Of a stretch of 64,000 bases of DNA, positions 47,122 through 57,013 are shown piece by piece. The stretch comes from a virus, in the IMG/VR virus record IMGVR_UViG_3300027747_004722, positions 1 to 64,000 of that record; one strand, written 5' to 3'. The position numbers and the translations under genes are program-made. How positions within the stretch are numbered: the first letter of the stretch is position 1; every line of letters begins with the position of its first letter. The notes beneath the pieces are model-generated. The model was given only the letters and a program-made list of their open reading frames with translations, did not search any database and had not been told where the DNA came from.

Positions 47122-48063
47122 TTATGGCTGCCGATTTCTTTTGGGGGCGACCAAAAACGATCCCCCCACGGCCTTGCGGCACTTTTCTTCCATTAGGGAC
47201 GGATAGGACTCGTATTTGGATATCTCTATGGGGAACGAGTCGTCGTTTCTCCGCCTCTTCCCGGCGATCCTTGCGTTCTGGTACATTTCCATCGCCCTTC
47301 TGTACTCCCCGCGCGAACAGAGCATGTCCCCAAGGAGACACCAGAACTCCGCGAAAGAAGGGTGATAGAACAGGCACTCTATCGCCCTCTGGTACGCCCG
47401 TCTTGAATCCCCCTCTATGAACTCCTGCCTCGCGAGGTAATAGTTCATCAGAACTTGCGAGTCGTCGCGTCCCGATGCGAGGTTTAGGTACTTGGTCGCC
47501 TCGACCATGAACTCCCGACCACGGCCCTCGGCCAGAAGACAGCACGCGAGGTAGTAGTAGGGATCGGGCGAGGTGGGCTTCCTCGCGGCCCACCGCCTAC
47601 AGGCCTCCGTGTTCTGGCCCCTGTTGTCCGGCTGCCCTTCGGAGACTACCACGACGCTCGGGTCGACCACGGCCCCAGAGCCCACCACTGTCTCGAAAAC
47701 CGGGTTCTCGAACCTGCCGCGGTCCCAGAGCCTCACCTGCTTGGAAACGTATCCTCCCGACACCACATAGAACGACCGCGACCCTTCCATGGATCCGACC
47801 GCCTCCGCCCCCCTCGCTATCCTCTCCCACGGCTCGAGATACATGTTCGGGCCCTCCGAACAGAGCCCGTTGCGAACATCGGACATGTCCCCGCCGTCCC
47901 CAACGGCCACCAGTTCGGCACCCATACTTCTGGCGATGTGCGGGGTGTCGTCGCTGGAACCCATGTCCCCCACGATCACCCTGCCGCCCACACGGGCCGC
48001 GGACTCAAGGCACGCCGATATGGTCTTCGCGTTGTTCCTCGTCAGGACTTGTATGGTCAGCAC
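47122..48063 (-). CDS. GT2-like plus TPR-repeat protein
   Basis: LTRNNAKTI..CLES...DMGSSDDT...VRN; C-terminal TPR-like helices. Confidence 0.75.
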   Translation of the reverse strand: MLTIQVLTRNNAKTISACLESAARVGGRVIVGDMGSSDDTPHIARSMGAELVAVGDGGDMSDVRNGLCSEGPNMYLEPWERIARGAEAVGSMEGSRSFYVVSGGYVSKQVRLWDRGRFENPVFETVVGSGAVVDPSVVVVSEGQPDNRGQNTEACRRWAARKPTSPDPYYYLACCLLAEGRGREFMVEATKYLNLASGRDDSQVLMNYYLARQEFIEGDSRRAYQRAIECLFYHPSFAEFWCLLGDMLCSRGEYRRAMEMYQNARIAGKRRRNDDSFPIEISKYESYPSLMEEKCRKAVGGSFLVAPKRNRQP

Positions 48064-48217
48064 CGAACCTCTCCGAAACAAGAAAACGAACGACCTCGGC
48101 CTCGTCCCCCATGCCCGTGGAGTCGTAGTACGAGGCCAGGTCTTCGTAGCCCTTTCGGGCCCACGGCCTTTCCATGATGAGCTCAACCGCCTCGGCGGCG
48201 CGCTCTATTGATCGCAT
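48005..48217 (-). CDS. Hypothetical protein
   Basis: MRSIERAAEAVELIMERPW... Confidence 0.5.
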   Translation of the reverse strand: MRSIERAAEAVELIMERPWARKGYEDLASYYDSTGMGDEAEVVRFLVSERFGADHTSPDEEQREDHIGVP

Positions 48218-48423
48218 TCCCTGCATACGCCAAGTATCCGCCTCCAGAAGGGGCATTCTGGCGGGGGGTTGACCGGCCAGCACGAACAGCAGGTCTTATC
48301 GTCTATGAACTGCTGGTTCTCGTCCCTCAGCGCCCTCTCCAAAGCGTTCGATATTTCGTCGTCCGTGAGAAGGAGGTCTATGCATCTCCCGTCAACGGTG
48401 ATCGTAGTGTGCCTAAAAGACAT
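48205..48423 (-). CDS. Small Cys-rich hypothetical protein
   Basis: 72 aa, GAGG SD. Confidence 0.6.
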   Translation of the reverse strand: MSFRHTTITVDGRCIDLLLTDDEISNALERALRDENQQFIDDKTCCSCWPVNPPPECPFWRRILGVCRECDQ

Positions 48424-48467
48424 TTTTACCTCTGAAAAATGGTTAGTAACCCTATCTTATATGAGCG

Positions 48468-49340
48468 ATGAACTTCAAAAATTGCGCCCCGCTTCGGAAT
48501 AGGCATGTTAACGAGGCACCATGGAGGGGCTCTTGCGTCCGCAAGCCATGGGAATACAGGGTGACGGCCGTCATACCGGTCATGGACACCCCGGAATCCC
48601 TGGAGCTTTGCGTCGGTATACTCAGGCTCCAGACCGAAAAGCCTTACATAGTCGTCGTGGACACGGGGAGCGAGAGCCACCATCTCGAGCGAATACTCGA
48701 CATGCACGCCGACGACCTAGAGGTCCACTGCGTCAGGCAGAACGGCACCCTGCACCCCTCCGACCCCGTCTGTGTCGCGCTGGACCTGGCGCAGAGCATG
48801 TGCAGGACCGAGTACATGTTCTCCACCCACTCCGACGCCTTCCTCATGAGGCGGGACTTTGTGGAGTGGGCTCTATCCATGTGCGGGGAGGAGGAGGCCG
48901 GACTATCGCCCGTGGTCGGCTACGAGATCAGCCCGAGGAACCACGACGACTGGAAAGGGATGATCAGCCACACCGCCACCATGTACCACATGCCTACGCT
49001 CGACCGCATAGGCTTCGGGTGGAGCATGAGGCGACTGGCCGCCATGTGCGGCCTCCCCAGCCAGGAGCCACACCCGGAGAGACCGAACTGGCCCGACACG
49101 GAGACCCTGGGGAACATGATATTGAGGGAACACGGGGTGCGAACCAAGATCATAGGATCCGAGGCCAACTTCACCAGGAACACCGACGAAAACATAGATC
49201 ACGCAAGGAGCATAACGCTGGGCAAGCTATACGCCCCCGACTACCACCGAGTTGCGTCCGAATGGTTCAAGGACGCGATGGAAAAAGCCCGATCTAGGAT
49301 CGAGGACTGGACGCGTAACGACGAAACAGGAGAAAAGTGA
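48468..49340 (+). CDS. Glycosyltransferase family 2
   Basis: AVIPV...LQT..IVVVDTGS...HSD. Confidence 0.75.
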   Translation: MNFKNCAPLRNRHVNEAPWRGSCVRKPWEYRVTAVIPVMDTPESLELCVGILRLQTEKPYIVVVDTGSESHHLERILDMHADDLEVHCVRQNGTLHPSDPVCVALDLAQSMCRTEYMFSTHSDAFLMRRDFVEWALSMCGEEEAGLSPVVGYEISPRNHDDWKGMISHTATMYHMPTLDRIGFGWSMRRLAAMCGLPSQEPHPERPNWPDTETLGNMILREHGVRTKIIGSEANFTRNTDENIDHARSITLGKLYAPDYHRVASEWFKDAMEKARSRIEDWTRNDETGEK

Positions 49341-49873
49341 ACGAGTACATAAACAACAAAAACCTAGAGCGACTCATAAACACATTCCAGGAGTCAAAAA
49401 GGAAGCAGGACAGGCTCGGGATGCTCATAGCCGACATCAGGGAGACGATATCGAGGAAGACGGTTCGGAACCTGGACGCCTCCCCGAACGAAGATTCGTT
49501 GAGTTCCAAGATGACTTCCTTGAGCGAGTGCTCCGCCACATACGAGGAATCCAAGCAGAAACTAGCCGTGGCCTTCTTCACCCTCTCCGAGAACATAGTC
49601 AGGTACGCCAAGTTCCAACTCATAGACGCGGACGACGCGATCCAGGAGGGGGCGATGATATGCTTCGACAAGATAAACAGGTTCGATTCGCGCAAGGGCA
49701 AGGCCTTCAACTACATGACCACCTGCATATTGAACCACTTCCGCCAGCTTTACAGAACCGCAAGAAACTACAACGAATTAAAGAAAAAGTACCTAAACCA
49801 CATACAGTTCATTGAGGGGAACTCCGTATTCAAGAACGGAAGGCAGATGTTCGACCCGAACGGACACCATTGA
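49337..49873 (+). CDS. Late-transcription sigma factor, gp55-like
   Basis: YINNK start; DDAIQEG...INRFD...KAFNYMTTCILNHF; no region 4. Confidence 0.8.
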   Translation: MNEYINNKNLERLINTFQESKRKQDRLGMLIADIRETISRKTVRNLDASPNEDSLSSKMTSLSECSATYEESKQKLAVAFFTLSENIVRYAKFQLIDADDAIQEGAMICFDKINRFDSRKGKAFNYMTTCILNHFRQLYRTARNYNELKKKYLNHIQFIEGNSVFKNGRQMFDPNGHH

Positions 49874-49898
49874 TTTTATCTAGCAAAGTCTATATAAT
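49870..49898 (+). promoter_or_regulatory. Sigma70-like promoter, leaderless, overlapping TATATA
   Basis: TTGATT-N17-TATAAT; ATG at 49905. Confidence 0.6.
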
Positions 49899-49904
49899 GG
49901 CTCT

Positions 49905-50129
49905 ATGAGCGGAACAGAACACATCGAAAGGCAGGAGCTTATCAACAAGCTCATAGCCAACGGATACGGTGACGTAGTCAAGGCCCTACTCGAGGACGAG
50001 AAAAAGGTCTACACAAAAAAGGGTCGCCTCAACAAGAGCGGGGCCTGCCGAAGGCTAAACCTCAAATCAAAGCAGCTCGAGGACATGCTCGCCGAAATGA
50101 GGAACCTTCTCAAGCGGGACATGGACTAG
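49905..50129 (+). CDS. Small HTH-like protein
   Basis: NKSGACRRLNLKSKQLEDMLAEMR resembles an HTH. Confidence 0.6.
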   Translation: MSGTEHIERQELINKLIANGYGDVVKALLEDEKKVYTKKGRLNKSGACRRLNLKSKQLEDMLAEMRNLLKRDMD

Positions 50130-50635
50130 CAGCCTTCTATCCACGCCCTGTCGTACCGCAGCGTGAGCTCGACCACAACATACCCGGACTCGCTCATGTC
50201 GAGGTCGCCCCATTCTATGTTGTTGGGCCACGCGTTCCGTATCACCCACTTCTCCACCGTCTCTCCGCAGCCGTCGTAAAGCTCCAGATTGACGGTCCTC
50301 TTCCAGTTCCCGCCCGGCCTCTTCCATTCGGCCTTGTCGTCGCAGGTGTCGTACTGGTTCTTGAGCCATTCGAATATCGGATTCTTGTTCCTCTTCAGGT
50401 CGAACAGGGTGATCTGTATGGGCTTCCAGTCCGGCTTCCCGGCAAAGTATACTGTCTCGTTCAGGTGCTGCGCCTCTATCTCCTTGAAGCTGAGGCTTGG
50501 CCTCGCGGCCTTGTCGGGGGGGAGCATGCTGGCCCCCTCGCCCACCACGCCGTCGATGCGGAACATCCACCTGAACTTGCGTTTGAAGCACACGTCCATC
50601 CCGCCAAGGACGCCCATGCCCATGTTTCTGCCCAT
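50126..50635 (-). CDS. Tail tube protein paralog (gp19-like)
   Basis: KRKFRW...GKPDWKPIQIT...WVIRNAWP..IEWGDLD...LTLRYD. Confidence 0.85.
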   Translation of the reverse strand: MGRNMGMGVLGGMDVCFKRKFRWMFRIDGVVGEGASMLPPDKAARPSLSFKEIEAQHLNETVYFAGKPDWKPIQITLFDLKRNKNPIFEWLKNQYDTCDDKAEWKRPGGNWKRTVNLELYDGCGETVEKWVIRNAWPNNIEWGDLDMSESGYVVVELTLRYDRAWIEGC

Positions 50636-50674
50636 CGGTAAAAACCTCCCAGATATCCTAGTCGAAAACCAAAC

Positions 50675-50712
50675 AAAAAAGGCCGGCGGGAATCCCCGCC
50701 GGCCTTCTCTTT
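50675..50712. terminator. Intrinsic terminator (possibly bidirectional)
   Basis: aaaaaa-ggccggcggg-aatc-cccgccggcc-ttctcttt. Confidence 0.88.
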
Positions 50713-50728
50713 GACCTCTGAATACGAA

Positions 50729-51319
50729 TTAGTCGACCGAAGACCCGCCCATTCCCTCGCCGCAACCGCAGCACTTGGCCGTCGGGTTCTGGCCACACTT
50801 GTTGGTGTACTTGACGTTGGAGAACCTCAGGGTGACCTCGATCGTCATCTCGTCGGAAGACGCATAGTCAAGCTCTTGGAAGTTCACGGCCTGCGGCCAG
50901 CAGTCCATCAGCTTCCACTCCTCGAGTTCCTGTCCGCAACCGTCGTACATCGTGATGATTCCGGTTCCGCCGTAGCATCGCCTGCGGGACGACTGGGTCA
51001 GCTTCTCGTTGTCGAGGTAGTTGTATACGCTGGCCAGCCAGCCCCACAGCTCCTCGTTGCCGATACCGCTGAGGGCCGTGATGTCGTAGTACGTGACCGT
51101 CATGGACTGCCACGTTCCCTTGCCGGGGATGTAGGTCTTGGCGTTGAGGAAGTTGATCTCCGTCTCCTCGATCTCGATCTGCGGACGGGCGGCCACCTTC
51201 ACAAAGCTGGCGGGGACTCTCTTGCCCGCGTCGCGCTCCACCGCGAAGGTCCACCGGAACTTACGCTTGTGGATGACGTCGTTGCCGCCCAGGCGGCCCA
51301 TACCCATGTTAATCGGCAT
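50729..51319 (-). CDS. Major tail tube protein (gp19-like)
   Basis: IPGKGTWQSMTVT...WKLMDCWP..VNFQELDY...VTLRF; directly follows the sheath gene. Confidence 0.88.
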   Translation of the reverse strand: MPINMGMGRLGGNDVIHKRKFRWTFAVERDAGKRVPASFVKVAARPQIEIEETEINFLNAKTYIPGKGTWQSMTVTYYDITALSGIGNEELWGWLASVYNYLDNEKLTQSSRRRCYGGTGIITMYDGCGQELEEWKLMDCWPQAVNFQELDYASSDEMTIEVTLRFSNVKYTNKCGQNPTAKCCGCGEGMGGSSVD

Positions 51320-51354
51320 TTTCTTGTTCTCCTATGTTATCTATCAAAACTCGA

Positions 51355-54132
51355 TCAGAAGGTGTCCGAACCAGCCTCGAAGCTTCCCGTCCTGTGGATG
51401 CTGAACTCGATGAACATGAACTCGACGGCCTTGGTCGGCTGAACGCCGATTCTGGCACGGAACTCGTTCCTGTCGATCACGTCGGGGGTGTTCAACTCCT
51501 CGTCGGCCTTGATGATGAAAGCCGTGAGGCCTCGGCCGACCTTTATGTCCTGAAGGATCGCCGTTGCTATGTCTACGAAACGCGCACGGAACTGCTCGTC
51601 GTGCGGCTCGAACAGCAGGGCCCTTGACGCGGCGCGAATGCGCTTCTCGATGACGAACATCAGTCTCCTGACGTTCACCCGATCGAGGGCGGTCGGCCTG
51701 CGCTGCAGGGTCTTCTGGCCCCAGACGACGAAGTCCTGGAAGTCGGCGTACTGGACGATCGGGTTGATCGCGTTCCTGTTGCCGTACATCAGGTCTCTTT
51801 CCTCGAGGGTCGGACGGCTGAACACGTCGGTGATGCCCGGCACCACGCCTCTGTTCACGCCGGCAGGTGCGAACCACGGTGCCGCTAGGGCGTCGTTCCT
51901 GGCGTAGACCGCCATCACGGAACCCGACGGCGGAACCCACACGTCAACGTTGTTGAAGGTGTCGCGAATCTTGACCCACGGCCAGTAGAGGGCGGCGAAG
52001 TCAGAGTCGAATCGGGTGGCGTTAAGCGGGTGAGCGCCGTTCTGCCAAGCCACGATCTCTTTCACGGTGAGTCCGAACGGAGCGTCGACGATTGCCAGCG
52101 CGTCCGTTCTGAGGTTCTGTACCATGTCGATGAGAGCGAGAACGACGTTCGTCGAGCTGTGGCCGGGTATGGCCACGAGGTCGAGGTCGATCTGCTCCGG
52201 CTCGCTGAGGGAGTAGATGCCCGTGTAGCCCCTCTGGTTGCCGACGAGGAAGTAGTCCTGGTCGTCCGGATCGGCCGGTATTCCGTCACTGCCACCCGAG
52301 AGGGTGTAAGTTCCGTCAAGCGGCGGCGCCGGGTTGGCCGAGTTGTCCGTTGCACGAACGTAGTCCGAAACGAGCGTGAGGAAGGTCTCGACGTAGTAGC
52401 GGCTCGTCTCGTCCTTGGACAGGTTGCCCCACGACTCTACCTGCACGCCGTTGTTGTACACCTCGAGGACGAAATTGCCCTCTCTGATGTTGTTCTTGAC
52501 AACCACCTGAGTGGCGTTGCCCTCTATTCCGGCCGAGTCGGCCATTAGCATCACCGATACGTCGCCGTACCTGTTGCTGTCGCCGTTGACGAGGCCGTAG
52601 GTCGATATATCGGCGTCTCCGCTCACTCCCTCGGGCGATCCGCCCTCGGCGGTGATGTAGAAGCCCTGGTTCGTGCCGCCCGGCTCGTTGAGGACAGCGG
52701 GGTTGGTCGGGTCGATGAGCGGGGCGTCGAAGCCCAGCATCTCGAACACCGAGCTCTCGTTCTTGACGAGTAGCCTCGCGTCGTTTCCGGCGTGCAGCGT
52801 GCGGACGGACACGTATCCGGCGACCGCCACGGCCTCGAAACCACCGGGGACATCGCCCGCGGATATCTTGGCGTTGATCTCGTCAACCACGTCCGAAGCC
52901 GTGACACCAGAGTTGCTCTTCAGGAAGGACAGGTCAACGACCTGCACGACGTTGTCGATGAGCACGTTGTCCGTGCCGTCGACAACCACCTGGAGGTCGA
53001 ACGACGACAAGTTGGTGAAGTCGTAGTTACCTTCCATGCTTCCGGTCATCTGGGCTACGGTCATGCCGTTGCCGAGTCCTGTCGGCCCGACATGCACGCC
53101 GCTGCCCACGTCGATTGAGGTCGGCCCGTAGAGAGCGTCCGCAACCGACACGAGCTCGAGGCTCGCGCTCGGGCCGAACGAGAAGGTCGTGCGAACGCCG
53201 ATCCTTGAAGTCGTATAGGTGGAGGTGTACTTGTAGTTAACATACACCTTGTTGGCACCTGCCGACGACGACGAGGTCGAGGCGGGCAGGTTCGAGTTGT
53301 ATGTGAGCGTCACAGTGCCGGCCGTGAGATTAAGCACGCCGTTGATGGCCTTGACGGTCGAGCTGGCGACCTGGCGGAAACTGAAGACGCCTGCGTCGTT
53401 CACGGAGAACGACTGCACGACCACGCCGTTGACCACCACGCGGCCCGTCACCGTACCCGCAACCACGTGGTTGTGCGAAAGCGTGAAAGTGGCGTCCGTG
53501 TCGATCTGGGAAGTGGAATGCTCCTCGGCCTCTACATAGCTGATCTGCTCCGTGGTCGAGAAGAACTCTATGCCGTCGACCGCGGGGTCGATCTGCATGT
53601 TGAGGTCTTCGGCGAGCTGCGACGCGCTGTAGCCGTCGTTCTGCACGTTCGGATCGGGATGGTTCTCGTCGGCGAGGGCCACGAGGGTCTTCGAGGCCAG
53701 AATGCCGTTGAGTCTCCAGCGGAAGTACATGTCCTTGTCGAGGCTGTACGGGCCGGCGGTGTCGGAAACGATTGTGACCTGGCCGCCAGCCGAAGGAACT
53801 TCGACCTCGGCGGTCTTGGCGCGCTCCCAGCTGACGGGGTCCGTGTCGGCGACGCGGACAACGTAGAGCTCAGAGGCCACGAGCAGGTACTGCTCGGCGG
53901 CGTATATGAGATAGGGGTCTCCCGCCTCGGGGTGGGGATAGCCGAACACGGTGTTCAGCTGCCTGCGCGAGCGGATGACCGTCGGGATGTTGATCGGCCC
54001 CTTGCTCGCGAAGCCAACGAGGCCGGCGCGGTGGAAGGACTGCTCAGGCGCGATGAAACTCAAGTCCTTCTCGGTGATTCGCACCGACGGCGAAATTGTG
54101 TTGGAGGGTGGAAAGCCCCTTAGGATTGCCAT
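51355..54132 (-). CDS. Contractile tail sheath protein (gp18-like)
   Basis: SPSVRITEKDLS, KGPIN, YWPWV, WFAPAG, WGQKTL, RVNVRRL, LFEP. Confidence 0.95.
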   Translation of the reverse strand: MAILRGFPPSNTISPSVRITEKDLSFIAPEQSFHRAGLVGFASKGPINIPTVIRSRRQLNTVFGYPHPEAGDPYLIYAAEQYLLVASELYVVRVADTDPVSWERAKTAEVEVPSAGGQVTIVSDTAGPYSLDKDMYFRWRLNGILASKTLVALADENHPDPNVQNDGYSASQLAEDLNMQIDPAVDGIEFFSTTEQISYVEAEEHSTSQIDTDATFTLSHNHVVAGTVTGRVVVNGVVVQSFSVNDAGVFSFRQVASSTVKAINGVLNLTAGTVTLTYNSNLPASTSSSSAGANKVYVNYKYTSTYTTSRIGVRTTFSFGPSASLELVSVADALYGPTSIDVGSGVHVGPTGLGNGMTVAQMTGSMEGNYDFTNLSSFDLQVVVDGTDNVLIDNVVQVVDLSFLKSNSGVTASDVVDEINAKISAGDVPGGFEAVAVAGYVSVRTLHAGNDARLLVKNESSVFEMLGFDAPLIDPTNPAVLNEPGGTNQGFYITAEGGSPEGVSGDADISTYGLVNGDSNRYGDVSVMLMADSAGIEGNATQVVVKNNIREGNFVLEVYNNGVQVESWGNLSKDETSRYYVETFLTLVSDYVRATDNSANPAPPLDGTYTLSGGSDGIPADPDDQDYFLVGNQRGYTGIYSLSEPEQIDLDLVAIPGHSSTNVVLALIDMVQNLRTDALAIVDAPFGLTVKEIVAWQNGAHPLNATRFDSDFAALYWPWVKIRDTFNNVDVWVPPSGSVMAVYARNDALAAPWFAPAGVNRGVVPGITDVFSRPTLEERDLMYGNRNAINPIVQYADFQDFVVWGQKTLQRRPTALDRVNVRRLMFVIEKRIRAASRALLFEPHDEQFRARFVDIATAILQDIKVGRGLTAFIIKADEELNTPDVIDRNEFRARIGVQPTKAVEFMFIEFSIHRTGSFEAGSDTF

Positions 54133-54136
54133 GACG

Positions 54137-54361
54137 TTATTCTCCCTTGTTCAATTCTTTACTTGTGATGTGCCTCGTCGAGATGAGCCCCATCTGCTCT
54201 GCTCGCCCGACGTACTCGGTGTTCCTCTCGTCCTCCAGGAGGAAGATGTTGTTCCCAGCACCAACCCCTGGTATGTTCAGCGTCGTGAACGATCTTGGCG
54301 ACTTCCTTGACCTTATAAGCAGCTGCACAGGACTCTTCGTCTTGTTTTTGATCTCAATCAT
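54137..54361 (-). CDS. Hypothetical protein
   Basis: 74 aa between the terminator and sheath genes. Confidence 0.65.
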   Translation of the reverse strand: MIEIKNKTKSPVQLLIRSRKSPRSFTTLNIPGVGAGNNIFLLEDERNTEYVGRAEQMGLISTRHITSKELNKGE

Positions 54362-55338
54362 CCCATCTGCCTTTCTATGTTCTCGACGCTGTTCTCTATC
54401 CTTCCCAAAACATCCGATATGTCCTTCTCTTCCACGCTGTTGTGAAGGTCCACCTTCGTATTCAGCACGGACTTTTTCCGAACTATCGGCTGTGGTATAT
54501 ACGACTTTGCGGTCAGATTAAACTCGAATTTTATGATTCGCTGGTTCTGGTCGCCCGGTTCGTAATCCACGTTGTTCGCTACGGAATCTAGTGTGACTAT
54601 TGTCTCCCACCTGACCCCTCGCACGCTTATATATGCAACTGGCGAGAATTTTACCAGAACCTGTTCAAGAATTTGGTCTATGTCCTCCATGTAGGCCGTC
54701 CAGGCCAGCAGGGTATAGGTCTTGTTCACGGGTATTCCCCTGGCCACGCCGAAAACCGTGTCCCTTTCCGCCTTCTCCTTGACGTGGAAGCCGGGCCTTC
54801 CTCCGTCGCTCCTCAACCTCATGTAGTCCAAGGCCTTGTGGTAGGTGTAGCGGCTCTGATCGAACTCCGTTCCCGACGAGTAAATGGCCATCATGGGCAG
54901 CCTTATGCGCTCGACCACAAGGCTGCCGTCCTTCCGCGTGTTGTCCTGCAGAATCCAGGCGACCGCCCGCTCCTGCGTTCCCCATATGATCGGAACCTTG
55001 TGGGCCTTCCCGTCCTCGTCTATCACCACCACGTTGCTGAAGAGGTCGAGCATGGCCTCGTCGCAACCGCGGAGGCTCTTCGAGTACCTGTACAGAACTT
55101 CACGCTCTGGGTTCCTCATGTCCTCGACTATCTGCCCGGTCTGCATTGGGTCGCACTGGGCGTCTCTGCCCACGCTGACCTTGGATGACGACCCCCGCTC
55201 CAACCAACCGGATCCCATGCCGACGGGCCCCGGGCAATCCCGAGGGGGCGGATCCACCCCCCTGCTCGTCTCGACGGGGCTGGACGGCTTGCAGTCGTTC
55301 AGGCTTTTGTCTTGGTGGTTCCCCGGATTAACGGGCAT
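54358..55338 (-). CDS. Tail terminator/sheath stabiliser (gp15-like)
   Basis: KVPIIWG..ER, RLPMM, QILEQV..KFSP; position upstream of the sheath gene. Confidence 0.8.
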   Translation of the reverse strand: MPVNPGNHQDKSLNDCKPSSPVETSRGVDPPPRDCPGPVGMGSGWLERGSSSKVSVGRDAQCDPMQTGQIVEDMRNPEREVLYRYSKSLRGCDEAMLDLFSNVVVIDEDGKAHKVPIIWGTQERAVAWILQDNTRKDGSLVVERIRLPMMAIYSSGTEFDQSRYTYHKALDYMRLRSDGGRPGFHVKEKAERDTVFGVARGIPVNKTYTLLAWTAYMEDIDQILEQVLVKFSPVAYISVRGVRWETIVTLDSVANNVDYEPGDQNQRIIKFEFNLTAKSYIPQPIVRKKSVLNTKVDLHNSVEEKDISDVLGRIENSVENIERQMG

Positions 55339-55383
55339 GTCGATCTCCTTTAGAATATGTAGGACTAGCGGATTGGAAAAAAC

Positions 55384-55557
55384 ATGAAACACTTCCCACT
55401 AAAGAAGAAGAGCTCCGGCCGCCGCCGAAAGACCTTCGTTCCCGAAGGCGTGAGGACCACCATGCCGAAGCCAAATTTCCCGAGGGTGGTCATGTGGGAC
55501 GCCCACAAGCCGGGACGGCCGAAAGAAAAGCCGTCCGACGCGTTAAATAGGGAATGA
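55384..55557 (+). CDS. Small basic hypothetical protein (57 aa)
   Basis: MKHFPLKKKSSGRRRKT...; ATGA coupling with the next gene. Confidence 0.4.
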   Translation: MKHFPLKKKSSGRRRKTFVPEGVRTTMPKPNFPRVVMWDAHKPGRPKEKPSDALNRE

Positions 55558-55973
55558 GATTCTCCCGGTGGATGGAGTCGAAAGTACCGCGCGTCAACAA
55601 GGTCGGCCATGAGATGTCCGACAGGCTAGGATTGATCAGGGGCGCCAAAGCATGGAACCAGTCCGGGCAGGACTGCTACGAGATCGCATCCGCCGTGGCC
55701 GAGCGTTTCGGATACGAGCCAGCGCCGGCCCACGAAATATCGTCTAGAATGGACCAATACAAGAGGTTCTGGGCGAGCAAGAACGTCCCTTGGATCAAGG
55801 CTCCCGAGCCGAAAGCCAGCAGGGAGGGAGTCGCCAATTTCGTCGTGAGGGTCGGGGACGACTTCAGGCACCATGTGGCGTTCGAGTACAAAGGAAAAGA
55901 GTACAACTACGGAGCCGCAAAGCCAGACGGTTTCGAAGTCCTGTTCAGGGTCCCGCTGAAGCCCAGATCATGA
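55554..55973 (+). CDS. Hypothetical protein with CTS-like leader; possible Cys-His peptidase fold
   Basis: MRFSRWMES; QDCYEIA...HHVAF. Confidence 0.7.
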   Translation: MRFSRWMESKVPRVNKVGHEMSDRLGLIRGAKAWNQSGQDCYEIASAVAERFGYEPAPAHEISSRMDQYKRFWASKNVPWIKAPEPKASREGVANFVVRVGDDFRHHVAFEYKGKEYNYGAAKPDGFEVLFRVPLKPRS

Positions 55974-56519
55974 GCGGTTGTTCAGGTCGTTGAGGTCGAA
56001 GTCCGGCTTCTTCTGCGTGACCTTGCCCTCGCCGGTCGTGACGCTCTCCTGGAACCTCTGGCAGAGTATCTGGAGCCTCATCCTGCTCCACAGCATCGTC
56101 TCGCCCATGTTGAGCTGTATGATCACCCAGTCCTCTCCCCTGTGGGGGCTGTGTATTCGGGATCCTATCTTCGGGGGATGGCCGACCTTCTGGATGACCT
56201 CCCTGTAGTTCAGGTCGAATATCACCTCGTCGGGCGAGTCAATGCCGAACGCGCTCTGGTAGTTCTGGCCCACGACGGGCTCGTAGCTCGCGTAGAGCGT
56301 GACCGGGTTGTTCGACCACAGCTTGCCCCTGTCCTCGCGGTACAGCCTGTCCAGCGAGCCCGTCTGTATGAAGACCTCGTAGTAGAATATCGGAGACCCG
56401 TATATCTTGATCCACTCGGCGTCCCAGTCGTTCCAGATACATCGCTCCGGGTTGTCCGGGTCGAACTGCTCCAGGCTCCCCGTCACCTTGTACGGCGTTC
56501 CGTCCGGGTTCTTCAGCAT
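55968..56519 (-). CDS. Neck/head-closure protein (gp14-like)
   Basis: IKIYG..IFYY...D.LYRED...FGIDSPDE...PKIG. Confidence 0.7.
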   Translation of the reverse strand: MLKNPDGTPYKVTGSLEQFDPDNPERCIWNDWDAEWIKIYGSPIFYYEVFIQTGSLDRLYREDRGKLWSNNPVTLYASYEPVVGQNYQSAFGIDSPDEVIFDLNYREVIQKVGHPPKIGSRIHSPHRGEDWVIIQLNMGETMLWSRMRLQILCQRFQESVTTGEGKVTQKKPDFDLNDLNNRS

Positions 56520-56556
56520 GTCTCCTCCTACACTATGTAGGGCCGGAGACGCGCAA

Positions 56557-56958
56557 TCAGTTCAGCTGGACCTGGGGCCTCACGGATATCTCCCCGCCAC
56601 CGGCCGGCAGGTTGAACGGAGCCCCGGGGAACTCCTCCGCCCACAGTATGCCCCCGGAGGTGTTGGTCACATAGTAGCCGTAAACGCTCTGACCCACATC
56701 GAACATGAAGGTTATCGTGGTGTTGTAGACGGCGGTGGTCACGCCTCCGTCCGTCGCCACAGTCCAGTTGGAGCCAACAAGCGTCTCGGAAGCGTAGCCC
56801 GATGCGTTCGCCTCGGTGAAGCTCGACGCGGTGAAAGTCTCGCCCGAAAGGCTCACCGAGTTGATGTACAGATGAAGAACCAAGTTCGTAGGGGCAGTCT
56901 TGTTCACTATGTACTCAAGAAGCCTACGCTCACCCTCGTCAGGAACCACCAAAGTCAT
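56557..56958 (-). CDS. Putative virion structural protein
   Basis: LHLY.N...FTEA..SGY...VYGYYV. Confidence 0.65.
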   Translation of the reverse strand: MTLVVPDEGERRLLEYIVNKTAPTNLVLHLYINSVSLSGETFTASSFTEANASGYASETLVGSNWTVATDGGVTTAVYNTTITFMFDVGQSVYGYYVTNTSGGILWAEEFPGAPFNLPAGGGEISVRPQVQLN

Positions 56959-57013
56959 ATTGCCCCCTTCTTAATCTCGGCCGTATCGTATATAGTAGTT
57001 TGGAGAAAAAACC

